From Fidelibacterota bacterium (GTDB lineage: Bacteria; Fidelibacterota; Fidelibacteria; Fidelibacterales; DSDE01): 64,000 nucleotides of DNA. Position 1 is the first letter of the stretch. The number at the start of each line of letters is the position of its first letter. A program made the position numbers and the translations under genes. The DNA lies in the NCBI GenBank assembly GCA_046735395.1, contig JBJKQR010000012.1:174599-238598 (forward strand), written 5' to 3'. Of the stretch, positions 45,169 to 55,341 are shown one piece after another. The notes beneath the pieces are model-generated. The model was given only the letters and a program-made list of their open reading frames with translations. It had not been told where the DNA came from and did no database searches.

Positions 45169-46604
45169 TCGCGAGAATCCAGCCGGAGACGCAGCAGCCG
45201 GGCGCATTTCTCCTTCCCGAAATACTGGACCAGATAGCCAAGTTCGGGACCATGCATTTCTCCGGTCAGGGCGAGGCGGATGGGCATCCAGAGCAGTTTC
45301 CCCTTGATGCCTTCCTGTTTTCGCTTCTTCTGAATGCGTTTCATGATCTGTCGGAATTCTTCGCTGTCCAGCTCGCCTGTCTGTTCCAATTCCTCCAGAA
45401 AATCAGTAAAAAGCAGGGGAATTCGTTCATCTTTCAGTAATTCCAGCGCTTCCGGATCAGTTGGAGCAGAGGGCTCCCTCAGAAATATCTGAAGCTTGTC
45501 TCCAAGCTCTGAAAAAGTGTTCAGATTTGTCTTCAGGGCAAGAAACGCGATGTCCGCCCGAGCCTCATCAAGTGCGGCCATGTCGACACTTGAACGGCAA
45601 ATTCTCAGGAACTCCCTGTCATCCAGAGCCTGAATATAGCGGCTGTTCATCCAGTCCAGTTTGACGCGGTCAAAGACAGCGCCCGATTTATTGACCCGGC
45701 TCAGGTCGAAACGGTCAACCAGTTCCTCGAGGGAGAATATCTCTTCATCGGTACCGGGATTCCAGCCCAGCAGGGCTAGAAAATTATTGAGCGCCTGGGG
45801 CAGGTAGCCTTTAGCAAGGTAATCTTCCACGGCCACGTCGCCCTGCCGTTTGCTGAGCTTGCTTCGGTCGGCGTTGAGCAGGAGAGGCAGATGGGCGAAT
45901 TCGGGACGGTTCCATCCGAACAGGTCGTAGAGCAGCAGATGTTTGGGAAGGGAGGGAAGCCATTCCTCACCCCGGATCACGTGCGTTATCTTCATGGCGT
46001 GATCGTCCACCACATTGGCAAAATGATAGGTGGGAAAACCGTCTGATTTCATAAGGATCTGATCGTCAATGGTTGACCAGGCCATGGAAATGTGTCCGCG
46101 AATGATGTCCTCAAATTCGCAGTTTCCTTCGCGGGGTACCCTGAGCCGAACGGTGTAGGGTTCACTGGCGGCCCGGCGATCCGATTCTTCGGCGCTGAGG
46201 CTGCGGCATGCTCCGTCATATCCGGGGGCCAGTCCGGCGGAAAGCTGGCTTTCTCTCAGAGATTCCAACCGTTCGGAGCTGCAGAAACAGCGGTAGGCAT
46301 GGCCCGATGACATAAGTTTATCCAGCTCAGCGCGGTAGATTTCCAGACGCCGGCTCTGATAATAGGGACCGAATTCATCTTCCTTTCCGGGGCCTGCATC
46401 ATAGGTGAGGCCCATGGCTTCCAGCGAGGCGATGAGATTTTCGACAGCGCCTTCCACATAGCGCCCCTGGTCCGTATCTTCAATACGGAGAATGAACTTT
46501 CCTCCGTGCTGCCGGGCGAACAGATAGTTATAGAGAGCCGTTCGCTGGCCTCCCACATGAAGGTATCCGGTGGGGCTCGGGGCGAAACGTACAGTAACAG
46601 TCAT
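45165..46604 (-). CDS. gltX: glutamate--tRNA ligase
   Basis: RFAPSPTGYLHVG, RIEDTD, ITHVIRGEEW, KLSKR. Confidence 0.97.
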   Translation of the reverse strand: MTVTVRFAPSPTGYLHVGGQRTALYNYLFARQHGGKFILRIEDTDQGRYVEGAVENLIASLEAMGLTYDAGPGKEDEFGPYYQSRRLEIYRAELDKLMSSGHAYRCFCSSERLESLRESQLSAGLAPGYDGACRSLSAEESDRRAASEPYTVRLRVPREGNCEFEDIIRGHISMAWSTIDDQILMKSDGFPTYHFANVVDDHAMKITHVIRGEEWLPSLPKHLLLYDLFGWNRPEFAHLPLLLNADRSKLSKRQGDVAVEDYLAKGYLPQALNNFLALLGWNPGTDEEIFSLEELVDRFDLSRVNKSGAVFDRVKLDWMNSRYIQALDDREFLRICRSSVDMAALDEARADIAFLALKTNLNTFSELGDKLQIFLREPSAPTDPEALELLKDERIPLLFTDFLEELEQTGELDSEEFRQIMKRIQKKRKQEGIKGKLLWMPIRLALTGEMHGPELGYLVQYFGKEKCARLLRLRLDSRE

Positions 46605-47231
46605 TTATCTTCCTCTTTTTATATCCTTGATGTTCAATGCTCTGCGGGTCACCCAGACCAGAACAAAAAATCCGAGAAGGGCCAGAACACTGCGGTAATT
46701 ATGCCGCAGGATGAGTTCGATCTTGTCCCAGTTATTGCCGAGATAGAGGCCCAGGCCGATGAGCGTTCCGTTCCAGGCGATGGTGGAAATGGTGACGAGA
46801 ATCCAGGTGAACAGGGGACGGACATTGGAAATGCCGGTAAACAGGCCGATGACACTGCGCATTCCCGGCATGTAACGGCTGAATACAATCACCCACATGC
46901 CGTATTTACGGAACATCTCACTCACTTTATCGAGAAAGACCACCGGCATCCAGCTGTAATTCTTTTCATAGAAAAATTGCCGGCCCCAGTGACGTCCGAT
47001 GGCATAAATGAGCATCATACCGAGTGTGCTGATGGTGGTGGAAATGATAAAGAGCCACAGAACCGGTTCATTTTTCACAATGAACACATAGGTGACATAA
47101 ACAAGAAAGGTATCTCCGGGAACCGGTGGAAACAGGTTCTCCAGGAATGAAATAATCACGATAAGACCCAGATAAAACATGGGATCCAGATTCAGGGAAA
47201 ACTGATAAAGGCCGGAAAAAAAATCAACCAT
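46605..47231 (-). CDS. DedA family membrane protein
   Basis: ENLFPPVPGD, Y.IGR..G, FSRYMPGMRS. Confidence 0.9.
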   Translation of the reverse strand: MVDFFSGLYQFSLNLDPMFYLGLIVIISFLENLFPPVPGDTFLVYVTYVFIVKNEPVLWLFIISTTISTLGMMLIYAIGRHWGRQFFYEKNYSWMPVVFLDKVSEMFRKYGMWVIVFSRYMPGMRSVIGLFTGISNVRPLFTWILVTISTIAWNGTLIGLGLYLGNNWDKIELILRHNYRSVLALLGFFVLVWVTRRALNIKDIKRGR

Positions 47232-47706
47232 GACTGATCAGAACGACCGCGTGGCAGGCGGCGCCTTCCCCGCTGCCCGTAAATCCCAGTCCCTCCTCTG
47301 TGGTCGCCTTGACCGAGATTTGGTCGGAATTCACATCCAGGGCTGCAGCAATCGTCGAGCGCATCCTGTCGGTGTAGGGAGCGATTTTTGGTTTTTGCAG
47401 TAAAAGTGTGATATCGGCATTTTCGAGCTGATAGCCCTTGTCAGAAACCAATTGATAACAGTGGCGAAGCAGATCCCGGCTGTCCGCATCCTTCCACCGG
47501 TCATCCTGATCGGAAAAGTGCTGCCCGATATCGCCCAGCGCCGCAGCACCCAGCAGGGCATCACAGAGAGCATGCAGAACAACGTCCGCGTCACTGTGGC
47601 CTGCCAGACCCCGGTCGGAGGGGATCTGTACGCCGCCCAGCACCAGGCGTCTGTCTTCGGCGAAACGATGTACATCATAACCGTGCCCGATCCGGTATTT
47701 CATCAT
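47224..47706 (-). CDS. ispF: 2C-methyl-D-erythritol 2,4-cyclodiphosphate synthase
   Basis: RIGHGYDVH, GHSDADV, GDIGQHF, VKATTEEGLGF. Confidence 0.97.
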   Translation of the reverse strand: MMKYRIGHGYDVHRFAEDRRLVLGGVQIPSDRGLAGHSDADVVLHALCDALLGAAALGDIGQHFSDQDDRWKDADSRDLLRHCYQLVSDKGYQLENADITLLLQKPKIAPYTDRMRSTIAAALDVNSDQISVKATTEEGLGFTGSGEGAACHAVVLISHG

Positions 47707-48398
47707 ATGATACCGTCCTCCGCTGCCATGAGCTGTTCAGCCAGGATATAGTCGCCGGGGTAAGTCAGTTTTATATTGGAATGACTGTCCGGAATGATTT
47801 GAATATGATACCCAGCGTGTTCCATGATCATGGCATCATCCGTCACCGTCAAGCCATCCCGGATCATGGCTTCGCTGGCCTTCCGGTACTGGCTGCGCCG
47901 AAAGATCTGGGGAGTGTGAATCTGGTATACTTCTTCCCGTGGCAGGCTTTCCCGTACCGTACCGCCGATGACGCGCTTCATGGTGTGCACCGCCGGTACG
48001 GCAGCCACAACGCCATCGCAGTCATCCGGCATGTTCAGACCGTCACGCAGCAGATCCGGGCTGAAAAAGGGCCTCACCGCATCATGAATGCAGACGGCGT
48101 CACTGTCCAGGGTCAGGGCGTTCAGCGCGTTCCAGACCGAATCCTGTCGTTCCGCGCCGCCCGCCACCGCTTTGACAGGTTTTTGATCGCTGTAGCGGCT
48201 GCAGAGCTCACGGATAGGCTCAAGCAGGCTTTCGGGAGCGGCTATCACGATTTCGGAGACTTCAGCAATATTGACAAATTTTCGGATGCATATTTCCAGT
48301 ACCGGCATGCCCCGAAGTTCGAGAAGCTGCTTGGGAACACCGCTTTGCATGCGCTTCCCGCTGCCTCCGGCCGCCAGTATCACCGATACGGATTTCAT
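47703..48398 (-). CDS. ispD: 2C-methyl-D-erythritol 4-phosphate cytidylyltransferase
   Basis: AAGGSGKRM...PKQ, GGAERQDSV, IHDAVRPF, TPQIF, TDDA, NIKLT. Confidence 0.96.
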   Translation of the reverse strand: MKSVSVILAAGGSGKRMQSGVPKQLLELRGMPVLEICIRKFVNIAEVSEIVIAAPESLLEPIRELCSRYSDQKPVKAVAGGAERQDSVWNALNALTLDSDAVCIHDAVRPFFSPDLLRDGLNMPDDCDGVVAAVPAVHTMKRVIGGTVRESLPREEVYQIHTPQIFRRSQYRKASEAMIRDGLTVTDDAMIMEHAGYHIQIIPDSHSNIKLTYPGDYILAEQLMAAEDGII

Positions 48399-49468
48399 CA
48401 AATGATCATCATGGCATCGCCATAGGAGAAGAAGCGATATTTCTCGTCAATGGCGTTTTTATAGGCACGCATCACGTATTCCTTGTCCGCAAAGGCGGAA
48501 ACAAGCATGATGAGTGTGGATTTTTCCTGATGAAAATTGGTGATGAGAGCATCCACAACTTTGAACTGATACGGGGGGAAGATGAATTTATCCGTCCAGG
48601 TATTCAGAGAATTGACTTCATGACCGGTAACGGTCGAGGATTCCAGGGCGCGGACGCTGGACGTGCCCACGGCGATGATCCGTCCGCCCTTCGCCTTGGT
48701 TTTATTGATGATATTTGCTGTTTCTTCGGTGATCTGGAAATATTCCGAGTCCATGGTATGCCGGCTCAGGTCCTCCACGAGAACAGGCCGAAAAGTTCCC
48801 AGTCCGATATGCAGCGTAATATTGACGATGGTAACTCCCTTGGCCCGGATGCTGTCCAGAATTTCGTCGGTGAAATGAAGTCCGGCCGTGGGAGCTGCGA
48901 CAGCGCCGAGTTGTTTCGCAAATACGGTCTGGTAGCGTTCCCGGTCAATGTCCTCGCTTTCCCGTTTGATATAGGGCGGGAGGGGGGATTTGCCGTTTTT
49001 CATGACATAGTCCATGAATTCGTCCTTGCTGCAGCTGTGACGTATCACCCTGCCGCCGGAAACTGTATTGTCTATGACATCACAGAGAATGTCTTCACCC
49101 AGATAGAGTTTGTTTCCGATCCGGACCTTGCGTGCCGGTTTGACCAGAACTTCCCAGATATTGCTTTCCAACTCTCTCAGGAGAAAAACTTCCACATCGG
49201 CATCCGTCTTGTCTTTTTTTGCAAAGAGTCGGGCCGGGAAAACCTTGGTATTATTCAGTACCAGCACATCTCCCTTGCGGAAATACTGCGAAATATCACT
49301 GAACTGGTGATGCTCAATGGTCTGTGCTTCGCGATTGAGAAGCATCAGGCGTGAGTCTCCGCGTTTTTCCGTTGGATAACTGGCTATCAGTTCTTCGGGC
49401 AGATCATACTGGAAGTCTGACAGCCGGTACGTTTTGGGCTTGGTGTTGAAAATCTCAAACTTCGTCAT
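48398..49468 (-). CDS. queA: SAM:tRNA ribosyltransferase-isomerase
   Basis: [40 protein letters not shown]. Confidence 0.97.
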   Translation of the reverse strand: MTKFEIFNTKPKTYRLSDFQYDLPEELIASYPTEKRGDSRLMLLNREAQTIEHHQFSDISQYFRKGDVLVLNNTKVFPARLFAKKDKTDADVEVFLLRELESNIWEVLVKPARKVRIGNKLYLGEDILCDVIDNTVSGGRVIRHSCSKDEFMDYVMKNGKSPLPPYIKRESEDIDRERYQTVFAKQLGAVAAPTAGLHFTDEILDSIRAKGVTIVNITLHIGLGTFRPVLVEDLSRHTMDSEYFQITEETANIINKTKAKGGRIIAVGTSSVRALESSTVTGHEVNSLNTWTDKFIFPPYQFKVVDALITNFHQEKSTLIMLVSAFADKEYVMRAYKNAIDEKYRFFSYGDAMMII

Positions 49469-50492
49469 TGAAGAGACTCTCCTGTAGGTTTTGAGTTAAA
49501 TTGCTCATATTGAGATGTTGATATGCCTTTGCCAGAGCAATACGGCCGCGGGCGGTACGCTGTATGAGTCCTTCCTTGATGAGAAAGGGTTCATACACTT
49601 CTTCAATCGTTTCTGATTCCTCACCGACGGCAACTGCAAGATTCTGCAGGCCCACCGGGCCGCCATTGAAATTCTGTATGAGGGTCACAAGAATCTTCTT
49701 GTCCATGGCATCCAGTCCGATGGAATCCACATCCAGCATGGCCAGGGCGTCATGCGCCGCTTGGAGTGTAATCGTGCCGTCACCGCGCACCTGGGCAAAA
49801 TCCCGGCAGCGTTTGAGCAGACGGTTTGCAATACGGGGCGTTCCCCGGGATCGACGGGAGATTTCCAGCGCTCCGTCTTCCGTCATATCGATATTCAGGA
49901 GCTGAGCGCTGCGGTTCACAATGGTGAACAGTTCTTCGGGACTGTAGTATTCCAGTCGGAGAATGACGCCGAAGCGGTCGCGGATGGGAGACGTGAGGAG
50001 GCCGGCGCGGGTGGTGGCGCCCACCAGCGTGAATCCTTCCAGATTCAGCTGAATACTGCGTGCATTGGGGCCCTTATCGATCATGATATCAATTTTGTAA
50101 TCCTCCATGGCCGAATACAGATATTCCTCCACAACCTTGTTTGTGCGGTGGATTTCATCGATGAAGAGCACATCGGAAAAATTCAAGTTGGTCAGGAGGC
50201 CGGCCACATCGCCGGCACGGTCCAGCACGGGGCCGGAGGTTACCCGAATGCTGCTGTGCAGTTCGTTGGCGATAATATTTGCCAGCGTGGTCTTGCCCAG
50301 TCCGGGAGGGCCGAAGAGCAGAACGTGGTCCAGGGGTTCCTGCCGTTTTCGGGCTGCCTCGATGTAGATCCTCAGACTGTCAATGACCTGCTTCTGCCCA
50401 ATGAAATCATCCAGATGCAGCGGCCGCAGACTGTTCTCAATGCTGTCGTCGCTGTCTACATTGTATTGAGGATTTGTGTATTCCGAGCGCAT
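49455..50492 (-). CDS. ruvB: Holliday junction branch migration helicase RuvB
   Basis: [31 protein letters not shown]. Confidence 0.98.
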   Translation of the reverse strand: MRSEYTNPQYNVDSDDSIENSLRPLHLDDFIGQKQVIDSLRIYIEAARKRQEPLDHVLLFGPPGLGKTTLANIIANELHSSIRVTSGPVLDRAGDVAGLLTNLNFSDVLFIDEIHRTNKVVEEYLYSAMEDYKIDIMIDKGPNARSIQLNLEGFTLVGATTRAGLLTSPIRDRFGVILRLEYYSPEELFTIVNRSAQLLNIDMTEDGALEISRRSRGTPRIANRLLKRCRDFAQVRGDGTITLQAAHDALAMLDVDSIGLDAMDKKILVTLIQNFNGGPVGLQNLAVAVGEESETIEEVYEPFLIKEGLIQRTARGRIALAKAYQHLNMSNLTQNLQESLFNDEV

Positions 50493-50776
50493 GACCCTGT
50501 AACTTCGCTTGTTGTTTACCAGCTGTCAGGCACAAATAAATAAATTGAGTCGTGCAAGATTCCGGACGCTGAACATGGTGCTTAATTTAATTAAATAACA
50601 GTGAATTAGCAAAAACTATCAGCCCCCCGGGGGAATTATTTTGATCGGCGAACAGACAAACTAAAATGCTTCTAAATACGGGATTAAAAAGGGATTGGAA
50701 GAGCTTCTGCAAACAAATTTACGCTTTACATTTGGGAATTATTTTGTATTTTTGCAATTGAAACACAGGGAGTGTC

Positions 50777-52879
50777 ATGTCCAGATCCATACGCGTCATA
50801 TTTGCTTTGCACAACCACCAGCCTGCGGGGAATTTCGACTATGTATTCAACGATGCCTGTGAGAACAGTTATCTCCCTTTGCTATGCTGTCTGGAAAAGC
50901 ATCCGGGCATCCGCATGTCGCTGCATTACAGCGGTACTCTGCTGACCTGGCTGGAGCAGAATCGGCCCGAATTTCTGGAAAAGCTGAGAAATCTGGTTCG
51001 GCTGGGACGGATAGAACTGCTGAGCGGAGCATTCTATGAACCGGTGCTTGCCGGTATCCCTGAAACAGACCGCATCGGACAGATTACGAAACAGAATCAG
51101 TATCTGCGGCACAGTTTCGGCGTGGAAGCCCGGGGACTGTGGCTGGCGGAAAAAATCTGGGAGCCGGATCTGCCCAAATCCATTGAACAGGCCGGGCTGC
51201 GCTACACGGCCATCGATGAAGAAAATTTTACCCTGAACGGCGTATCCGAACTTCCGGTCAGAGGCTATTACAATACGGAGAACGAAGGCCATACCCTCGG
51301 TGTATTTCCCATTTCCCGCGGCGCAGGCAGGCTGCTGCTGCACAGTGACCCGGAGGATCTTCTGGATTTTCTCCGAAGCCGCCTGAGTGATAATAATCAG
51401 GATGTGGTGGTGATCGCCGATGACGGAGAAAAGTACCGCCGGACGGATCCCGGTGGAAAAGGCTGCGACTGTATCAGCTGGCTGGATCGTCTGTTCAGCC
51501 TGCTTGAGGATAATTCGGAACGGATTCAGATGAATACATTCCGGGAATACTATGATTCAGTTCCGCCGCAGGGAATCGCCTATTTCCCCTCCGGTTCCTT
51601 CAGTGATATGGATGGCTGGACCCTGCACAATGCGCAGCAGAGCCGGTTTAACGAATTGCTGGGAAGTCTCTCGAACCGGGGCGATTTTGAAGCGATCCGT
51701 CCCTTTATCCGTGGCGGTATCTGGCGGAACTTCATGACGAAATATCATGAAAGCAACTGGATGCAGAAGCGGATTCAGCAGATCAGCCGGAAGTATCGTC
51801 TGCTGGAAGGCCAGGTGAATAACAAGAACCGTCTGCGGGGCATCCGGGATTCGCTGTGGCTGTCCATGTGCAATGATGTATTCTGGCATGGGCATTTCGG
51901 CGGAATCTACCTGCCGCATCTCAGGAACGCGACCTGGAAGAGCATTATCCGGGCTGAAAAGGAAATTGAAGACAAGCTGTATAATCTGAAGGATGGTGCC
52001 TTCGTTCACAATGAAGCGGATTTTGACAGAGACGGCCATCTGGAGATTCAGCTCAGCACTCAGAAGTATACGGCTATATTTTCCAAGAAATACTCGGGTG
52101 CCCTGGTCGAATTTGATTACAAACCGTCTGAATACAATCTCTTTGATTCCATGCGCCGCTATCCGGAGCAGTATCATCAGCAGATTGTGGACAACCGGAA
52201 CCTGGCTTCTGCCAGCGATAAACATAAATTTGACCGCTATATCAGTAACGATACGGTCATCTTTGATGAAAAGCCCCGATACGGACTGCTGGACCGGTTT
52301 TTTGACTCGAAGGTCACGGTAGAGGGCCTGCACAGCAATGCCTATGAGGAGGCCAGCGACTTCATCAATGAAACCGTGGATATCTGCAACAATAATTGCG
52401 ACCGCAGTCTGGTCTTCGAACGCCGTGGCTGGATCAACTGGCAGCGGGCCAGGCTGAAGAAACAGGTGCTGCTGGACAGCTCCGGATTTGATGTGGACTA
52501 TTTTATCGGAAATATCGGCATCGGAGATAATGAATTCTGCTTCGGGCCGGAGTTCAATTTTGCGCTGCACAGCGGGGAAGAGGGAGAAAAAACTCTGTTC
52601 GCCGACGTGAACCTGAAAGGTGCCGGTTACAAGGATTTTCTGGATCTCAAATCGGTAAGCAGCTTCGGGTTTGAGAACCGCAAGGAAAAGGTTCGTGTGA
52701 CGCTGAATTTCAGTGATCCTGTACGCCTGCTCATGTATCCGGTGGAGACACTGGTCCGGACTCAGCAGGGATTCGAGAAAATTTACCAGAGCACCTGCAT
52801 TGTTCCGCTGTGGCATGTGGCGCTGACGCCGGGAAAAAGCGTGGATCTGAAACTGCAGTTCAGGATTGAAGACCTGTAA
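50777..52879 (+). CDS. GH57 alpha-amylase/4-alpha-glucanotransferase
   Basis: HNHQPAGNF, WLAEKIWEP (nucleophile Glu), DDGEK (acid/base Asp), CNDVFWHG.FGGIYLPHLR; C-terminal beta-sandwich with GFEKIYQ. Confidence 0.9.
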   Translation: MSRSIRVIFALHNHQPAGNFDYVFNDACENSYLPLLCCLEKHPGIRMSLHYSGTLLTWLEQNRPEFLEKLRNLVRLGRIELLSGAFYEPVLAGIPETDRIGQITKQNQYLRHSFGVEARGLWLAEKIWEPDLPKSIEQAGLRYTAIDEENFTLNGVSELPVRGYYNTENEGHTLGVFPISRGAGRLLLHSDPEDLLDFLRSRLSDNNQDVVVIADDGEKYRRTDPGGKGCDCISWLDRLFSLLEDNSERIQMNTFREYYDSVPPQGIAYFPSGSFSDMDGWTLHNAQQSRFNELLGSLSNRGDFEAIRPFIRGGIWRNFMTKYHESNWMQKRIQQISRKYRLLEGQVNNKNRLRGIRDSLWLSMCNDVFWHGHFGGIYLPHLRNATWKSIIRAEKEIEDKLYNLKDGAFVHNEADFDRDGHLEIQLSTQKYTAIFSKKYSGALVEFDYKPSEYNLFDSMRRYPEQYHQQIVDNRNLASASDKHKFDRYISNDTVIFDEKPRYGLLDRFFDSKVTVEGLHSNAYEEASDFINETVDICNNNCDRSLVFERRGWINWQRARLKKQVLLDSSGFDVDYFIGNIGIGDNEFCFGPEFNFALHSGEEGEKTLFADVNLKGAGYKDFLDLKSVSSFGFENRKEKVRVTLNFSDPVRLLMYPVETLVRTQQGFEKIYQSTCIVPLWHVALTPGKSVDLKLQFRIEDL

Positions 52880-52900
52880 CATACATATTCGGATGTGGTT

Positions 52901-54355
52901 ATGAAAATAGCAGTATGCGCCGCAGAAGGGGTACCTTTTGTCAAAGTCGGCGGCCTGGGAGATGTGATTGGCGCTCTGCCTCAGAAATTTGCGGAGGCGG
53001 GGCATGAAGTACTGCTGTTTCTTCCCTGGTATGCTGCTATAGACAGGGAAAAATATGCGGCTCAGCCGCTGCCGGGAGCATCAGACCTGAGTTTTGTATT
53101 CGGATACAAGGGGCCGGTAAGCTACGGGCTTCGGGAATACCGGCCGGCGGATCGGCCCGATCTGAGAGTGATATTTATCGAAAATTCCTTTTATTTCGAG
53201 CGGGAAGGGGTTTACTCGAGGCGGCATAACAAACCTTATGATGACGAAGGCGATATGTGGGTGTTCTACCAGAGAGCCATTGTGGAGGCCCTGGTGTTTC
53301 TGGACTTCAGTCCCCAGGTCATTCATGTCCACGATTTTCACACTGCGCTGATTCCCGCGCTGATACGTTTCCATCATACCGATTTTTTCCACCGCAGCCG
53401 TACCCTGCTTACTCTGCATAATTTTCTGTTTCAGGGCGTATTTCCCAAGACCGTCTTTTCCCTCTGTGATATTTCAGAAAAAAAATTCTTTCCCATGTCG
53501 GATTTCGAGTACTTCGGGAAGACGAATTTCGTCAAGACGGGAATCATCTTCGCGGATGCGGTAAATACGGTGAGTCCCCATTATGCCATGGAACTTCTCC
53601 ACAATCCGGCCTATTCCTACGGGCTTTTCGATTTGCTGATGGCGCATCAGAAAAAATTCACAGGTATTCTGAACGGCGCTGATTATCGCTACTGGAATCC
53701 GGAAACGGATGAATACGTGCAGGTGAAATACGGCCCGGGCAGCCTGGGTCTGAAAAGGAAAAACCGCAGCGTCCTGATGGAAAAGACCGGGCTTCAGGCC
53801 GGTGATAACACCATGGTACTCGGGATCGTGGCGCGAATGACCAAGCAGAAGGGATTTCAGCTGCTGCTCGATGCACTGGATGACATGATGAAACGGGATA
53901 TAGGTCTGGTCATACTGGCCAGTGGTGAGAGCATCCTTGAGCGGGAATGGGAAAAGAAGGCTGCAGTGTATTCCGATCGGATTCATTATGAAAAATCGTA
54001 CAGCGAAGACCTGTCGCATAAAATACAGGCCGGCTGTGACCTCTTTCTCATGCCGTCGCTCTTCGAACCCTGCGGCTTGTCTCAGATGTACGCCATGAAG
54101 TACGGGACGCCCCCTCTGGCCTTTGCCACCGGCGGCCTGGCCGATACCATCATTTTTAGTGGGCCGGACAAGACCGGCTTTCTCTTCTACAGTTACAGAG
54201 TCGGTGATTTTCTGAGGACGCTGGATGAGGCCATCCGTCAATTCAGGACCCCCGACTGGGAACGAATACAGCGGAACGGTATGGCTCAGTCCTTCTCATG
54301 GGACCGCAGCAGCGCCGATTATCTGGCAATTTTTCAAGGTATTAGCAACTCATAA
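52901..54355 (+). CDS. glgA: glycogen synthase (GT5)
   Basis: KVGGLGDV, HVHDFH, GILNG.D...WNPETD, PSLFEPCGLSQMYAMKYGT. Confidence 0.92.
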   Translation: MKIAVCAAEGVPFVKVGGLGDVIGALPQKFAEAGHEVLLFLPWYAAIDREKYAAQPLPGASDLSFVFGYKGPVSYGLREYRPADRPDLRVIFIENSFYFEREGVYSRRHNKPYDDEGDMWVFYQRAIVEALVFLDFSPQVIHVHDFHTALIPALIRFHHTDFFHRSRTLLTLHNFLFQGVFPKTVFSLCDISEKKFFPMSDFEYFGKTNFVKTGIIFADAVNTVSPHYAMELLHNPAYSYGLFDLLMAHQKKFTGILNGADYRYWNPETDEYVQVKYGPGSLGLKRKNRSVLMEKTGLQAGDNTMVLGIVARMTKQKGFQLLLDALDDMMKRDIGLVILASGESILEREWEKKAAVYSDRIHYEKSYSEDLSHKIQAGCDLFLMPSLFEPCGLSQMYAMKYGTPPLAFATGGLADTIIFSGPDKTGFLFYSYRVGDFLRTLDEAIRQFRTPDWERIQRNGMAQSFSWDRSSADYLAIFQGISNS

Positions 54356-54369
54356 ACTCTGGGCCGAAT

Positions 54370-55341
54370 GTGGAAATCCGAAAATTTACTGCAGACGATG
54401 AGGAACTCTGGGATGACTTCAACCGACAGGCCAATAATGGCCACCTCTTTGCTGAACGGCGTTTTCTGTCCTACCATCCCGAAGGCCGTTTTCAGGATAA
54501 TTCCTTGCTTTTCTTTGAGGATGAACGTCTCCAGATGATCCTGCCCGCCGTCGTCTACGAGGAGGACGGAGTGAAAATCCTGCATTCTCACCGGGGCGCC
54601 AGCTACGGAGGGCTGATTCAGAATGTGGACATGTCCATCGACCGGGCCTTTCATGCCGTAGACGCTCTGAAAAAGTACGCCGGTCAGCAGGGCATCGGGC
54701 GCATTATCATGACCCTTACCCCGGATATCTATTTCCGGCGTCTGAGCAATTATCTGGAATTTGCCCTGTTCCGCAACGGTTTCAGCTATGTGAAGCGGGA
54801 AATCTCCTCGGTGCTTTATCTGGAAGATACGATCGGGGAAAATCTGCAGAAATTCAAGTCCTCGGTTCTGAGAGCATGCCGGAAATCGGAAAAATCGGGT
54901 GTGACCGTCTCTCTTTCCGAAAAGTATGATGAATTCTACGGGATACTTCGTAAAAACCTCAAGATCCGGCACAATGTGGCTCCCACCCATACACTGGAGG
55001 AACTGGAACGCCTGGCGGCTCTGTATCCGGAGAAGATCCGCCTCTACGCCGCGTTTCTGGAGACTCAGATGATCGCGGGAATCGTCATGTTTGATGTCAA
55101 TCCGCAGGTCACCCTGGCTTTTTACATTTCTCATGATGAAGAATTTCAGGAATACCGCGCCGTGAATCTGGTCTTCCGGCAGGTGATTGAGGACAGTATT
55201 GCCCGCGGTTTCCGCTACCTCGATTTCGGGATCTTCACGGTGAATATGGAACCGAATTTCGGGCTGGCCCGCTTCAAGGAAAGTTTCGGCAGCAGCGGCA
55301 TTTTCCGTGATACGCTTCGCTGGGACAGGACAGATATCTGA
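54370..55341 (+). CDS. FemAB-like GNAT-fold acyltransferase, polysaccharide-locus type
   Basis: WDDF, FLSYHP.GRF.D.SL, SH.GASYGG, YLDFGI, GLARFKESFG. Confidence 0.8.
   Translation: MEIRKFTADDEELWDDFNRQANNGHLFAERRFLSYHPEGRFQDNSLLFFEDERLQMILPAVVYEEDGVKILHSHRGASYGGLIQNVDMSIDRAFHAVDALKKYAGQQGIGRIIMTLTPDIYFRRLSNYLEFALFRNGFSYVKREISSVLYLEDTIGENLQKFKSSVLRACRKSEKSGVTVSLSEKYDEFYGILRKNLKIRHNVAPTHTLEELERLAALYPEKIRLYAAFLETQMIAGIVMFDVNPQVTLAFYISHDEEFQEYRAVNLVFRQVIEDSIARGFRYLDFGIFTVNMEPNFGLARFKESFGSSGIFRDTLRWDRTDI

Noticed and set aside
50747..50754. Bacteroidota-type TAnnTTTG promoter upstream of GH57
   Set aside because: The motif is present, but the nearest TTTG is only 12 bp upstream, and other promoters in the window look sigma70-like.
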